A stretch of 64,000 nt of DNA from an uncultured Verrucomicrobiae bacterium (GCA_963802965.1 CAWDKS010000008.1:160375-224374); one strand, 5' to 3'. Positions 28,878-38,104 are shown, counted from the stretch's first letter. A program made the numbers and translations. The notes: a model not told the origin generated them from the sequence alone.

Positions 28878-31352
28878 TTATTTCTTCATCGCTTGGTCCG
28901 TGGGAATCCGCATCGCGTAGAACGAGCGATAGACGAAAACCAGCGCCACCAGGAAGAAAACCGCGCCGATGGCCGTCTTCAAGTGCTGGTTTTGCATGGT
29001 CACGGCGATTTCCGCCGCGAGCAGGCCGAAAAGCGTCGTGAACTTGATGATGGGATTCATCGCCACCGAGCTGGTGTCCTTGAACGGATCGCCCACGGTG
29101 TCGCCGACGACGGTCGCGGCGTGCAGCTCGGTGCCCTTTTGCTTCAAATCCACTTCCACGATTTTCTTGGCGTTGTCCCACGCGCCGCCGGCATTGGCCA
29201 TGAAGATGGCCTGGAACAAACCGAAGAACGCGATGCCCACAAGATAGCCGATGAAGAAATAAGGGTTGAAAAATGACAGCGCCAGCGCCATGCAGAAAAC
29301 AACGATGAAGATGTTGATCATGCCTTTTTGCGCGTAGATGGTGCAGATTTCGACCACCTTTTTGCTGTCGGCGATGGAGGCTTCGGCTTTGTTCAGATTG
29401 AGATGTTCCTTGATGAACACGACCGCGCGATAAGCGCCGGTGACGACGGCCTGCGCGCTGGCGCCGGTGAACCAGTAAATCACCGCGCCGCCCATCAACA
29501 GGCCGAGAATGATTTGCGGCCGCACGAGGCTTAACATCGACTTGATGTCGAAGCTGGGATCTTTATGCAGGCCAACATTTTGCAGCAGCATGATGATGCC
29601 GAAGATCATCGTGGTCGCGCCAACGACGGCGGTGCCGATGAGCACGGGCTTGGCCGTGGCCTTGAAGGTGTTGCCCGCGCCGTCGCCCTTTTCGAGTTCG
29701 AGCTTGGAGTTTTCAAAGTCGGGTTTGAATCCGAAATCCTTTTCGATTTCCGCGCGGACGTTCGGCACGGATTCGATGCGGCTCAATTCATAAATGGACT
29801 GGGCGTTGTCGGTGACGGGTCCGAAACTGTCCACGGCGATGATGACCGGCGCCATGGCCAGGAAGCCAAACGCCACGAGGCCGAACGCGAAGATGGGCGC
29901 GGCGAAATCGAATTGCTGCGGCATGAGGATGAGCAGGGCCGGGTTTTGAGAAAGTTTGTAGGCGGCAGCCATCAGCGTGATGATCACCAGCCCCATCCAG
30001 AACGCGCAGAAATTGCCGGTGACGAAACCGGACAGGATGTTCAGCGACGCGCCGCCTTGACCCGAGCAGGTGACGATTTCTTTCACATGCCGGGACTTGG
30101 TGCTGACAAAGATTTTGGTGAATTCCATGATGAGCGGCCCGGCCAGAGTGCCGCAGGCGACGATGCCGGCCAGCACCCACCACAGGTTTGGATCCGCGTT
30201 GCCCGCCGCGTCCGTAATCCCACCCAGCAGGAACTTGCTGGCGATGAAGGCGACCGCGATGGAAACAATGGAAGTCATCCACACCAGATTCGTCAGTGGC
30301 TGTTCCCAGTTGAAATCCTTTTTGTTGTTGTAGAGCGAATAACTGATGGATTTGTTGACGTAAAATGAACCCAGCGACGCCAGCACCATCAGACTTTGAA
30401 CCACAAAAATCCAGACGATGAGCTGGCCGCAGATGCCCTGGGTTTCAATCGCTCCGCCGAGTGACAGGGCGAGAAAAGAGATCAGCGCCACGCCGGTCAC
30501 GCCGTAGGTTTCAAAACCGTCCGCCGTCGGGCCGACGGAATCGCCCGCGTTGTCACCGGTGCAATCGGCGATGACGCCGGGATTTTTCGGATCATCCTCG
30601 GGCAGATTGAAAACGATTTTCATCAGGTCCGAACCGATGTCGGCAATCTTGGTGAAGATGCCGCCGCCGATGCGCAGCGCCGCCGCGCCGAGCGATTCGC
30701 CGATGGCGAAGCCGATGAAGCAAGGGCCGGCGAGATCGCGCGGGATGAACAGCAAAATGCCGATCATGCAGACCAGTTCCACGCAGACCAGCAGCAGGCC
30801 GATGCTCATGCCCGAACGCAGCGGGATCATCAGCGTCTGGAGCGAATTGCCCCGCAGTGAGGCAAACGCGGCGCGGCTGTTGGCATAGGTGTTGATGCGG
30901 ATGCCGAACCAGGCCACGCCGTAACTGCCCAATATCCCCAGCACGGAACTGGCCAGAATCACCAGCACCGGGCCGACGGTTTTATGCTGTAGAAAGAAGA
31001 AGTAATAAACAATGCACGCGGCAATCAACGCCCAGAGCAGCACGAGGAATTTCCCCTGTTGCGCCAGATACGTTTTGCACGTCTCCCAAATCATGTTGGA
31101 AACGTTGCTCATGGCCTTGTGGACCGGCAGCGCGCGGCACCGGCCGTATTCCCAAAAGCCGAACAGCGCGCCAATCGCGCAGCAAGCCAGCCCCAGATAC
31201 AAAAGGGCATGACCGCCCAGGCCGACGCCCGGAAATGTCACTTGCGTCAAGTCTGGCAGATTGATGTCGGCGTCTCCCGCAAAAGCGTTGGCTCCCAAGG
31301 TCATCAGCGCCAACAACATTGCGCCACGAAAAAACGATTTGGTCTTCAGCAT
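28878..31352 (-). CDS. hppA: Membrane-bound proton/sodium-translocating pyrophosphatase
   Basis: GGIFTKIADIGSDL, DCTGDNAGDSVGPTADGFETY and GGAWDNAKK motifs with many TM segments. Start set at MLKTKSFF (31352) rather than the upstream extension. Confidence 0.95.
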   Translation of the reverse strand: MLKTKSFFRGAMLLALMTLGANAFAGDADINLPDLTQVTFPGVGLGGHALLYLGLACCAIGALFGFWEYGRCRALPVHKAMSNVSNMIWETCKTYLAQQGKFLVLLWALIAACIVYYFFFLQHKTVGPVLVILASSVLGILGSYGVAWFGIRINTYANSRAAFASLRGNSLQTLMIPLRSGMSIGLLLVCVELVCMIGILLFIPRDLAGPCFIGFAIGESLGAAALRIGGGIFTKIADIGSDLMKIVFNLPEDDPKNPGVIADCTGDNAGDSVGPTADGFETYGVTGVALISFLALSLGGAIETQGICGQLIVWIFVVQSLMVLASLGSFYVNKSISYSLYNNKKDFNWEQPLTNLVWMTSIVSIAVAFIASKFLLGGITDAAGNADPNLWWVLAGIVACGTLAGPLIMEFTKIFVSTKSRHVKEIVTCSGQGGASLNILSGFVTGNFCAFWMGLVIITLMAAAYKLSQNPALLILMPQQFDFAAPIFAFGLVAFGFLAMAPVIIAVDSFGPVTDNAQSIYELSRIESVPNVRAEIEKDFGFKPDFENSKLELEKGDGAGNTFKATAKPVLIGTAVVGATTMIFGIIMLLQNVGLHKDPSFDIKSMLSLVRPQIILGLLMGGAVIYWFTGASAQAVVTGAYRAVVFIKEHLNLNKAEASIADSKKVVEICTIYAQKGMINIFIVVFCMALALSFFNPYFFIGYLVGIAFFGLFQAIFMANAGGAWDNAKKIVEVDLKQKGTELHAATVVGDTVGDPFKDTSSVAMNPIIKFTTLFGLLAAEIAVTMQNQHLKTAIGAVFFLVALVFVYRSFYAMRIPTDQAMKK

Positions 31353-31523
31353 AAGATGGACAAAGCTACCGGAAGGGCGCAAGCCGGCCAACCCTTTTTT
31401 GGCAAAGACATCATCTGAAATTGCTTTTTGCGGACAGATTCTGAAGACATTCTTATTGGAAATCACCCCGCTTGCCTTCTTTGACCTTGCCGCTGATTCC
31501 AAGTTTCCCCATGCTGGCGCGCG

Positions 31524-32540
31524 ATGGCGGAACGGCCCATTTCAACCTTGAACAAACCGGACGCCGCGTTGGAACTGACGCTGCGACCGTCGCTGTTTTC
31601 CGAATTCACCGGCCAGCCCAAGGTCAAGGAACGGCTCGAAATCGCCGTCGCCGCCGCCAAAAAGCGGAAGGAGGCGCTCGACCACATTTTGTTGAGCGGC
31701 CCGCCCGGCCTCGGCAAAACCACGCTCGCCTACATCCTCGCCAAGGCCATGGGCACGAACATCAAATCCACCAGTGGCCCGACCATTGAGAAGGCCGGCG
31801 ACCTTGCCGGCCTGCTGACCAACCTCGAAGAGGGCGACGTGCTGTTCATTGACGAAATCCATCGCCTGCAAAAAACCATCGAGGAATACCTCTACCCGGC
31901 GATGGAGGACTTCAAGCTGGACATCATCATTGACCAGGGGCCAAATGCCCGCAGCGTGCGGCTGAACCTGCCGCGCTTCACCCTCATCGGCGCGACCACG
32001 CGCAGCGGCCTGCTCACCGCGCCGTTGCTCACGCGTTTTCCCATCCGCGAGCGGCTCGATTATTACGTCACCGGGGATTTGGAAACCATCACCGTCCGCT
32101 CGGCGCGGCTGCTGGACGTCGGGATCGAACCCGCCGGGGCGCACGAAATCGCCCGGCGCAGCCGCGGCACGCCGCGCATCGCCAACAACCTGCTCCGCCG
32201 CGTGCGCGATTACGCCCAGGTCAAACACGAGGGCCGCATCACCGCCGATATTGCCGACAAGGCGCTGGCGATGTTGGAGATTGACCAGAACGGCCTCGAT
32301 GAAATGGACAAGCGCATCCTCGAAGCCGTCATCGTGAAATTCGGCGGCGGACCGGTCGGCATCAGCTCGCTGGCGGTGGCCGTGGGTGAGGAGCCGGACA
32401 CGCTGGAGGAAGTTTATGAGCCGTATCTCATCATGGAAGGCTATCTCAAGCGCACGTCCCAAGGCCGCGTCGCGACGGAATTGAGTTACAAAAAGCTGGG
32501 ATTGAAACCGGCAACCGGAAATCAGGCGAAACTTTTTTAA
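31524..32540 (+). CDS. ruvB: Holliday junction branch-migration helicase RuvB
   Basis: [46 protein letters not shown] and the [13 protein letters not shown] sensor region. Confidence 0.97.
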   Translation: MAERPISTLNKPDAALELTLRPSLFSEFTGQPKVKERLEIAVAAAKKRKEALDHILLSGPPGLGKTTLAYILAKAMGTNIKSTSGPTIEKAGDLAGLLTNLEEGDVLFIDEIHRLQKTIEEYLYPAMEDFKLDIIIDQGPNARSVRLNLPRFTLIGATTRSGLLTAPLLTRFPIRERLDYYVTGDLETITVRSARLLDVGIEPAGAHEIARRSRGTPRIANNLLRRVRDYAQVKHEGRITADIADKALAMLEIDQNGLDEMDKRILEAVIVKFGGGPVGISSLAVAVGEEPDTLEEVYEPYLIMEGYLKRTSQGRVATELSYKKLGLKPATGNQAKLF

Positions 32541-32556
32541 CCATCGAGTGGATTTT

Positions 32557-32584
32557 GAAATCGTAAATCGGCAATCGTAAATCG
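32557..32584. repeat. 4 x NAAATCG heptamer array (ruvB-carB intergenic)
   Basis: gaaatcg-taaatcg-gcaatcg-taaatcg. Confidence 0.7.
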
Positions 32585-32595
32585 AAAATTAAAAG

Positions 32596-34131
32596 ATGCC
32601 CAAGCGCACTGACATCCACAGCGTCCTCATCATCGGCGCCGGCCCGATCATCATCGGCCAGGCGTGCGAGTTCGATTATTCCGGCACGCAGGCCTGCAAG
32701 GCGCTCAAGGAGGAGGGCTTTCGCGTCATCCTCGTGAACTCCAATCCGGCCACCATCATGACCGACCCGGAGTTCGCCGACCGCACCTACATCGAACCCA
32801 TCACGCCCGAATGCGTCGAAAAGGTCATCGTGCGCGAGCTGGCAGAGATGCGCAAAATGGGCGTTCCTCAGAACCCAAACGCCAGAACCAAGACCCCGCA
32901 TAAACTTGTCCTGCTCCCGACGCTCGGCGGCCAGACGGCACTTAACACCGCGATGGCTTTGCACAAAAGCGGCGTGCTGGAGAAATACGGCGTGGAGATC
33001 ATTGGCGCCAACGCCCAGGCCATCGAACGCGGCGAAGACCGGCAGGTGTTCAAAGACCTCATGCTTTCCATCGGTCTCGACGTGCCCATCAGCGGCACCG
33101 CGCACAACCTGGAGGAAGCCCGCGTCGTGACGGAAAAGATTGGCCGTTTCCCGGTCATCATCCGGCCCGCGTTCACGCTCGGCGGCACCGGCGGCGGCAT
33201 CGCCTACAACCGCGATGAATTCGACAATCTGGCCCGGCGCGGCATGGAGCTCTCGCCCGTCTCGGAAATTCTCATCGAAGAATCGCTCCTCGGCTGGAAG
33301 GAGTTCGAGATGGAAGTGATGCGCGACAAGGCCGACAACTGCGTCGTCATCTGCTCCATCGAAAACGTGGACCCGATGGGTGTCCACACCGGCGACAGCA
33401 TTACCGTTGCGCCCATCCAGACGCTCACGGACAAGGAATTTCAAATCATGCGCGACCAGAGCTTCGCCGTGATTCGCGCTGTGGGCGTGGAGACCGGCGG
33501 GTCGAACATCCAGTTCGCCGTCAACCCGGACAACGGCCGCATGGTCATCATCGAGATGAACCCGCGCGTCAGCCGCAGCTCGGCGCTGGCGTCCAAGGCC
33601 ACCGGCTTTCCCATCGCGAAAATTGCCGCCAAACTCGCCGTCGGCTACCTGCTCGACGAACTCCGGAACGACATCACACGCGAAACCCCGGCCAGCTTTG
33701 AACCGAGCATTGACTATGTCGTCACCAAGATACCGCGGTTCGCGTTCGAGAAATTCGCGCAGGCCGACCCGACGCTGACGACGCAGATGAAAAGTGTGGG
33801 CGAAGCGATGGCGATTGGCCGGACGTTCAAGGAATCGTTGCAAAAATGCCTGCGTTCGCTGGAGATTGGCCGTTACGGCCTGGGCGGTGACGGCAAACCC
33901 TGGCGCATCGGCAACGAGGTCTATGGCGACCGCGACATCCTGCCGCGCGACGTCATCAGCCGCAAACTGAGCGTGCCCAACGCAGAACGGATTTTCTTCA
34001 TCCGGCATGCATTACGCGCCGGCTTCACCATCGACGAGATTTTCAACCTGACGAAAATTGACCGCTGGTTCCTGGTTCAAATCAAAGAAATTGTCGATTT
34101 CGAAGAAGAATTGGCAACGTCAAAGAATTGA
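32596..34131 (+). CDS. carB: Carbamoyl-phosphate synthase large subunit, N-terminal half only
   Basis: [44 protein letters not shown]-grasp motifs and [24 protein letters not shown]. Ends after about 511 aa at ...[21 protein letters not shown], whereas canonical CarB is about twice this length. Confidence 0.9.
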   Translation: MPKRTDIHSVLIIGAGPIIIGQACEFDYSGTQACKALKEEGFRVILVNSNPATIMTDPEFADRTYIEPITPECVEKVIVRELAEMRKMGVPQNPNARTKTPHKLVLLPTLGGQTALNTAMALHKSGVLEKYGVEIIGANAQAIERGEDRQVFKDLMLSIGLDVPISGTAHNLEEARVVTEKIGRFPVIIRPAFTLGGTGGGIAYNRDEFDNLARRGMELSPVSEILIEESLLGWKEFEMEVMRDKADNCVVICSIENVDPMGVHTGDSITVAPIQTLTDKEFQIMRDQSFAVIRAVGVETGGSNIQFAVNPDNGRMVIIEMNPRVSRSSALASKATGFPIAKIAAKLAVGYLLDELRNDITRETPASFEPSIDYVVTKIPRFAFEKFAQADPTLTTQMKSVGEAMAIGRTFKESLQKCLRSLEIGRYGLGGDGKPWRIGNEVYGDRDILPRDVISRKLSVPNAERIFFIRHALRAGFTIDEIFNLTKIDRWFLVQIKEIVDFEEELATSKN

Positions 34132-34135
34132 TTTC

Positions 34136-34161
34136 GGTGGGGCGAGACTCCGTCGAGCCGT
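34136..34161. repeat. 26-nt box GGTGGGGCGAGACTCCGTCGAGCCGT (family G)
   Basis: Identical 26-mer at 50971-50996. Both copies start 4 nt after a stop codon. Confidence 0.9.
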
Positions 34162-34183
34162 AACTGAAATTAGAAAACTTGAA

Positions 34184-34352
34184 GTCACAATTTGTGACCT
34201 CAAGATTGAGGCAACAAGTGGGCAGAGCTTTTGAAATGCCAGTTTGGCATTTCAAACAACCGGTCACAATTTGTGACCGGTTGGTCGCAGATTATTGTTT
34301 TAAGGTCGCAATTTGCGACCTTAAACGTTTAAAGGTTGTCACAAATTGCGAC
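34184..34352. repeat. Cluster of GTCACAA-N-TTGTGAC type palindromes plus an 11-bp-stem hairpin
   Basis: gtcacaatttgtgac 34184-34198; ttgaaatgcca-gtt-tggcatttcaa 34231-34255; cggtcacaatttgtgaccg 34261-34279; ggtcgcaatttgcgacc 34304-34320; gtcacaaattgcgac 34338-34352. A fifth, 23-nt copy sits at 34579-34601 inside the ORF6N gene. Confidence 0.85.
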
Positions 34353-34375
34353 CACCTCTGGGTGAAAGGCATAAA

Positions 34376-34924
34376 ATGGACGGGCGAATGAGTTTGGTAC
34401 CGGTGGAACGAATTGAGCGGGCAATCCTCTCTATTCGCGGCGAAAAGGTGATGCTTGATAGCGATTTGGCTGAACTTTATGGCGTGGGAACCAAGGCGCT
34501 GAATCAGGCTGTGAAACGCAATCTGGACCGGTTTCCACCGGATTTCATGTTCCAGCTCACGATCACCGAGAAAAACGAGGTGGTCACAAATTGTGACCAC
34601 CTTATCCAGCTCAGGTATTCGCCACATCTTCCTTATGCCTTCACCGAGCACGGCGCGTTGATGCTGGCAAACGTACTGAATAGCGAACGGGCGGCCCAGA
34701 CCAGCGTCATGGTGGTGCGCGCGTTTGTGCGGTTGCGGCAGATGCTGTCGTCCAATACCGAACTGGCCCGGAAACTGGAAGCGTTGGAAAAGAAATACGA
34801 CCGGCAGTTCAAGATTGTGTTCGACGCCATTCGCCGGCTAATGTCCCCGCCGGAACCCAAGCACCGCGAAATCGGTTTTCATGTGAAATATGACGACGAC
34901 AAACCAAAGGCCAAAAAACGCTGA
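34376..34924 (+). CDS. ORF6N-domain (KilA-N-related DNA-binding) protein
   Basis: ILSIRGEKVMLDSDLAELYGV.TKALNQAVKRNLDRFPPDFMFQLT...LPYAFTEHGALMLANVLNSERA matches my memory of the ORF6N family. ATG 34376 preferred over TTG 34346. Confidence 0.75.
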   Translation: MDGRMSLVPVERIERAILSIRGEKVMLDSDLAELYGVGTKALNQAVKRNLDRFPPDFMFQLTITEKNEVVTNCDHLIQLRYSPHLPYAFTEHGALMLANVLNSERAAQTSVMVVRAFVRLRQMLSSNTELARKLEALEKKYDRQFKIVFDAIRRLMSPPEPKHREIGFHVKYDDDKPKAKKR

Positions 34925-34964
34925 CCCCCAACCCTCAACCATGAACCCTCAACCGACTTCGTCT

Positions 34965-35024
34965 CTGGTGCAGATCAAAGAAATTGTAAATTTCGAGGAA
35001 GAACTGGCGGGGGCAAAGAACTAA
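34965..35024. repeat. Diverged duplicate of the last 60 nt of carB (including the stop)
   Basis: 48/60 nt identical to 34072-34131. Encodes [19 protein letters not shown] versus [19 protein letters not shown]. Preceded by CCCTCAA-type heptamers (34925-34952). Confidence 0.85.
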
Positions 35025-35029
35025 ACAGT

Positions 35030-35338
35030 ATGAAAATCTTACTCTGGCAAGACGAAACGGTGTCAATAGATTTGGCCGCGCTCGCAGAGAATCTGACTCG
35101 CTTTTTTGCCGGATTACTTATATTTGAAGCTGGTAAAGCGTCTGTCAAAATTTCTGGCCACTCCATTAAAAATCCAGACACATATAACGCGCTCCTAAAA
35201 TCAAAATCTGTTAGCACTGCGGTCAAAACTCCGAGCGGGTATTTATTATTACCAAGAAGCCATACGACAATAATTTTTTCTGGGATTCGCCACCGGGGGC
35301 ACTTTCAATCTTTTCATGCTTTGGATGGGAGGACTTAA
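35030..35338 (+). CDS. Probable N-terminal fragment of the downstream TIR gene (frame-shifted relative to it)
   Basis: 102-aa ORF in low-GC DNA. The TIR reading frame is already open from 35215 and reads more protein-like there (VFIITKKPYDNNFFWDSPPGALSIFSCFGWEDL). Confidence 0.45.
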   Translation: MKILLWQDETVSIDLAALAENLTRFFAGLLIFEAGKASVKISGHSIKNPDTYNALLKSKSVSTAVKTPSGYLLLPRSHTTIIFSGIRHRGHFQSFHALDGRT

Positions 35339-35349
35339 CAAGCCTTCCT

Positions 35350-36063
35350 TTGAGTAATGGATTGGTTTATGTGGCCGGTTGGTTCGTCGCCAACCGAATC
35401 GAGCTTAGACCTCCCAACCGCCATAATGAAATCACTGGGTGTATCAATGATTTTCTTTGGGACAAAACGGGCATAGATGTTTGTATGCGTTCGGCATTTA
35501 TTTGTCCAGATTGTCTGAGGGCATTCGAGGCGAAAAAGTTGACTAAGGAGAACCGACAGCTTTATGAAGGGTTGGTAAAATTGCTGAACGATTTGTCAAC
35601 GGCTTCGCGGGCTAATAATGACATCTTGAGTTTTTGGGGATTTAGGGTGTCTGAAACCGACTTTGATGTCTTTATGTGTCACAACAGCCAGGAAAAGGCG
35701 CAGATTCGATTGGTCTCAAATCAACTCAAGGGCCAGAATATTCGGCCTTGGCTAGATGAAGAACAAATCCAGCCAGGACGTGCTTGGCAGGATGAACTCG
35801 AAGCAAGTATTCCAAAAATCAAAACTGCGGCGGTTTTCGTTGGAAACAGCGGTTTTGGACCTTGGCAAAACGTAGAAGTTAGAGCCTTTCTCCAAGAGTT
35901 CGTGCGACGACAGTGTCCGGTAATTCCCGTCATGCTGGCCGATGTAACAACAGCTCCAGAGCTGCCATTGTTTATGCGACAATTCATGTGGGTAGATTAC
36001 CGCAAAACTCACCCAGATCCTTTCAAGCAATTAGTGTGGGGAATTACGGGTAAAAAGATTTAG
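35350..36063 (+). CDS. TIR-domain protein (C-terminal TIR, N-terminal Cys-containing sensor-like region)
   Basis: FDVFMCHNSQEKAQI...IRPWLDEEQIQPGRAWQDELEASIPKIKTAAVFVGNSGFGPWQNVEVRAFL...CPVIPVML has the bacterial TIR pattern, including a candidate catalytic Glu. No ATG start in frame (track uses TTG 35350). Confidence 0.8.
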   Translation: MSNGLVYVAGWFVANRIELRPPNRHNEITGCINDFLWDKTGIDVCMRSAFICPDCLRAFEAKKLTKENRQLYEGLVKLLNDLSTASRANNDILSFWGFRVSETDFDVFMCHNSQEKAQIRLVSNQLKGQNIRPWLDEEQIQPGRAWQDELEASIPKIKTAAVFVGNSGFGPWQNVEVRAFLQEFVRRQCPVIPVMLADVTTAPELPLFMRQFMWVDYRKTHPDPFKQLVWGITGKKI

Positions 36064-36224
36064 AATTTACCTGTCTTGTTCGCGCGCCATCCCCGAATCC
36101 CAACGGGATTCAAATCCATCAGCCCAGGGTTGGCGAGCGTGTCCATCTGCGGTTAAATTGCCCGCGTAAAACTGTTTTACATGGCCCGGTCGTCAACACC
36201 GAGATGCTCGTGATGATGCTAGAG

Positions 36225-36350
36225 AAGCATGGCATCGTGCCACGCAGGCGTTCGCGGACCCTGCCGCACCCGGTCGCAGCTCCGTCAGGAGCGAAATCTC
36301 TGTAGAAACACACGCCGCCAAATTCGCCGCCCCGTCGGGGCGGCATAGCC
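36225..36350. repeat. Degenerate GC-rich mini-hairpin repeats (GCTCC-GTCA-GGAGC, GCCCC-GTC-GGGGC)
   Basis: gctccgtcaggagcg 36279-36293 and cccgtcggggcggcata 36331-36347. The same modules occur at 38230-38264 on the other side of the GH30 gene. Confidence 0.7.
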
Positions 36351-36454
36351 TTTGCAGGCGGCTACCATGTCTCCCCTGGCGGAGCTCAAAAAAAATTAAT
36401 TTAGCCCTATAAATAAGTTTCGATTGACGGCGCTCTGGAAACACTTTAATCAAA

Positions 36455-38104
36455 ATGACCTATGAAACTCCGGATCTTCCGATTCCTTACCATGGTTGTG
36501 ATGTTGACCGGTTGTCTCGGCTCCATTGCCCTCGCAGCCCCTTCACCAGCCGAGGCGCAAATGCCCAGGCAGCTGTTTGGCCCAAGCTGGCCGACTTTGT
36601 GCAAACCAGTGCGGGCGGAGATCACTTCAAAGCCCTGCCCCCCGTGAAATTTCTCAAAGGCTCGGCCAGTGGCATTGTCGTCACCGTTACCCCCACCGCC
36701 ACACGTCAAACCTTCGAGGGCATCGGCGGCTCCTTGACCGAATCGTCGGCATTTGTGCTGGCGAACGTCTCCAAGGAAAAGCGCGATCTGATCCTGGATT
36801 ATATCTTCAGTCCCCGGCAGGCCAATTTCACCGTGGCGCGTACCCACATCGGCACCTGCGATTTCTGCGTGAACGGGAAGTATTCCTACGATGACTTCCC
36901 CGGGGACGTCTCCCTGGAACACTTCAGCATCGCACCCGATAAACAGGGCTTCAAAGGCGCCCAGGATGCCAACTACGCGACCCTTTCCCTGATCAAGGAT
37001 GCCTTGGCACGACAACCGCAGCTCAAAATCGTGGCCAGCCCCTGGACCGCGCCCCGTTGGATGAAGGACAACGACGACTGGTACGGCAAAGGCCGGGGCG
37101 GCTCTCTGCTTCCAGAACATTACGACACCTTCGCCCGCTACATGGTGAAGTATGTGAAGGCCTACGATGCCGAGGGAGTGATGATATGGGCTGTGACCCC
37201 CGAGAACGAACCTTGGGGTAACGGTGGTCAGTGGGAGAGCATGGAATTCTCGGCCGGGAACATGCGCGACTACATCAAGGGACACTTGGGACCCCAGATG
37301 GCGAGCAACGGCCTCTCGGGCGTCAAAATCATCGGTTTTGACCACAATTGCGGCGATGGTGCAGTGAAATATGTTGAAACGATACTGGGAGACCCGGTTG
37401 CCGCAAGCTATGTCTGGGGTACGGGATTGCACTGGTACAACACCACCAAAACCGCCAGCGCCGGAACCATGGACCAGATCCACGACCGCTTCCCCACCAA
37501 GGCCATCCTCCATACCGAAGGCTGCATTGATGACATCGGTAACAAGGATGATTCAACCAATGGCAGCTTCCTAGGATGGAAGAATGACGCTTGGTGGTGG
37601 ACTGCGGGAGCCACAGACTGGGGCTGGTACTGGGCCTCCAAGGAAACCCACCCCAAGTACGCGCCCGTGCACCGCTACGCCCGGGATCTTGTGGATGGGC
37701 TCAATCACTGGTTCGTGGGCTGGATCGACTGGAACATCGTGTTGGACAAGAAAGGCGGCCCCAATCACGCAGGAAATCTCGCGGCGGCCCCGATCATGGT
37801 GGACACCGACTCGGGAGATGTCTACGTAACGCCGATCTTCTACGTCATGGCGCACTTCAGCCGCTATCTTCAACCAGGGGACAGCATCGTTCAAGTGAAC
37901 ATTGCCGCCCCGCGCCTGGACCCGGACGACTTCCATGCCACTGCGGCCGTCAGTCAGGACAAGAAGACTCTCACGGTGATTGCCTTTAACAAGGCCAATC
38001 AACCCCTCACCTACAACATCCAGGTCGGCGGCCGCTACGCCCCCGTGACCATCCCCGAGAACGCCATCCAGACCCTGCGTTTTGATCTGCGTAACCTGAA
38101 ATAA
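36455..38104 (+). CDS. Glycoside hydrolase family 30 (glucosylceramidase/xylanase-like)
   Basis: RQTFEGIGGSLTESSA, SPWTAPRWMK, VTPENEP (acid/base Glu region) and HTEGC (nucleophile Glu region). The signal/lipoprotein peptide (MKLRIFRFLTMVVMLTGC) is in a different frame (36462..). Confidence 0.85.
   Translation: MTYETPDLPIPYHGCDVDRLSRLHCPRSPFTSRGANAQAAVWPKLADFVQTSAGGDHFKALPPVKFLKGSASGIVVTVTPTATRQTFEGIGGSLTESSAFVLANVSKEKRDLILDYIFSPRQANFTVARTHIGTCDFCVNGKYSYDDFPGDVSLEHFSIAPDKQGFKGAQDANYATLSLIKDALARQPQLKIVASPWTAPRWMKDNDDWYGKGRGGSLLPEHYDTFARYMVKYVKAYDAEGVMIWAVTPENEPWGNGGQWESMEFSAGNMRDYIKGHLGPQMASNGLSGVKIIGFDHNCGDGAVKYVETILGDPVAASYVWGTGLHWYNTTKTASAGTMDQIHDRFPTKAILHTEGCIDDIGNKDDSTNGSFLGWKNDAWWWTAGATDWGWYWASKETHPKYAPVHRYARDLVDGLNHWFVGWIDWNIVLDKKGGPNHAGNLAAAPIMVDTDSGDVYVTPIFYVMAHFSRYLQPGDSIVQVNIAAPRLDPDDFHATAAVSQDKKTLTVIAFNKANQPLTYNIQVGGRYAPVTIPENAIQTLRFDLRNLK

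Noticed and set aside
32446-34008. 520-aa minus-strand ORF opposite carB
   Set aside because: Shadow ORF. carB motifs are unambiguous on the plus strand.
36064-36230. tRNA-like string GGGATTCAAATCC near 36108
   Set aside because: No acceptor, D or anticodon arms can be built around it. It lies in a degenerate repeat region, so it was not called as a tRNA.
34132-36450. Idea that carB was truncated by the insertion of the low-GC islet
   Set aside because: Both the gene and the displaced duplicate of its 3' end terminate at the same KN-stop, so the stop predates the insertion. No C-terminal-half coding sequence follows either copy.
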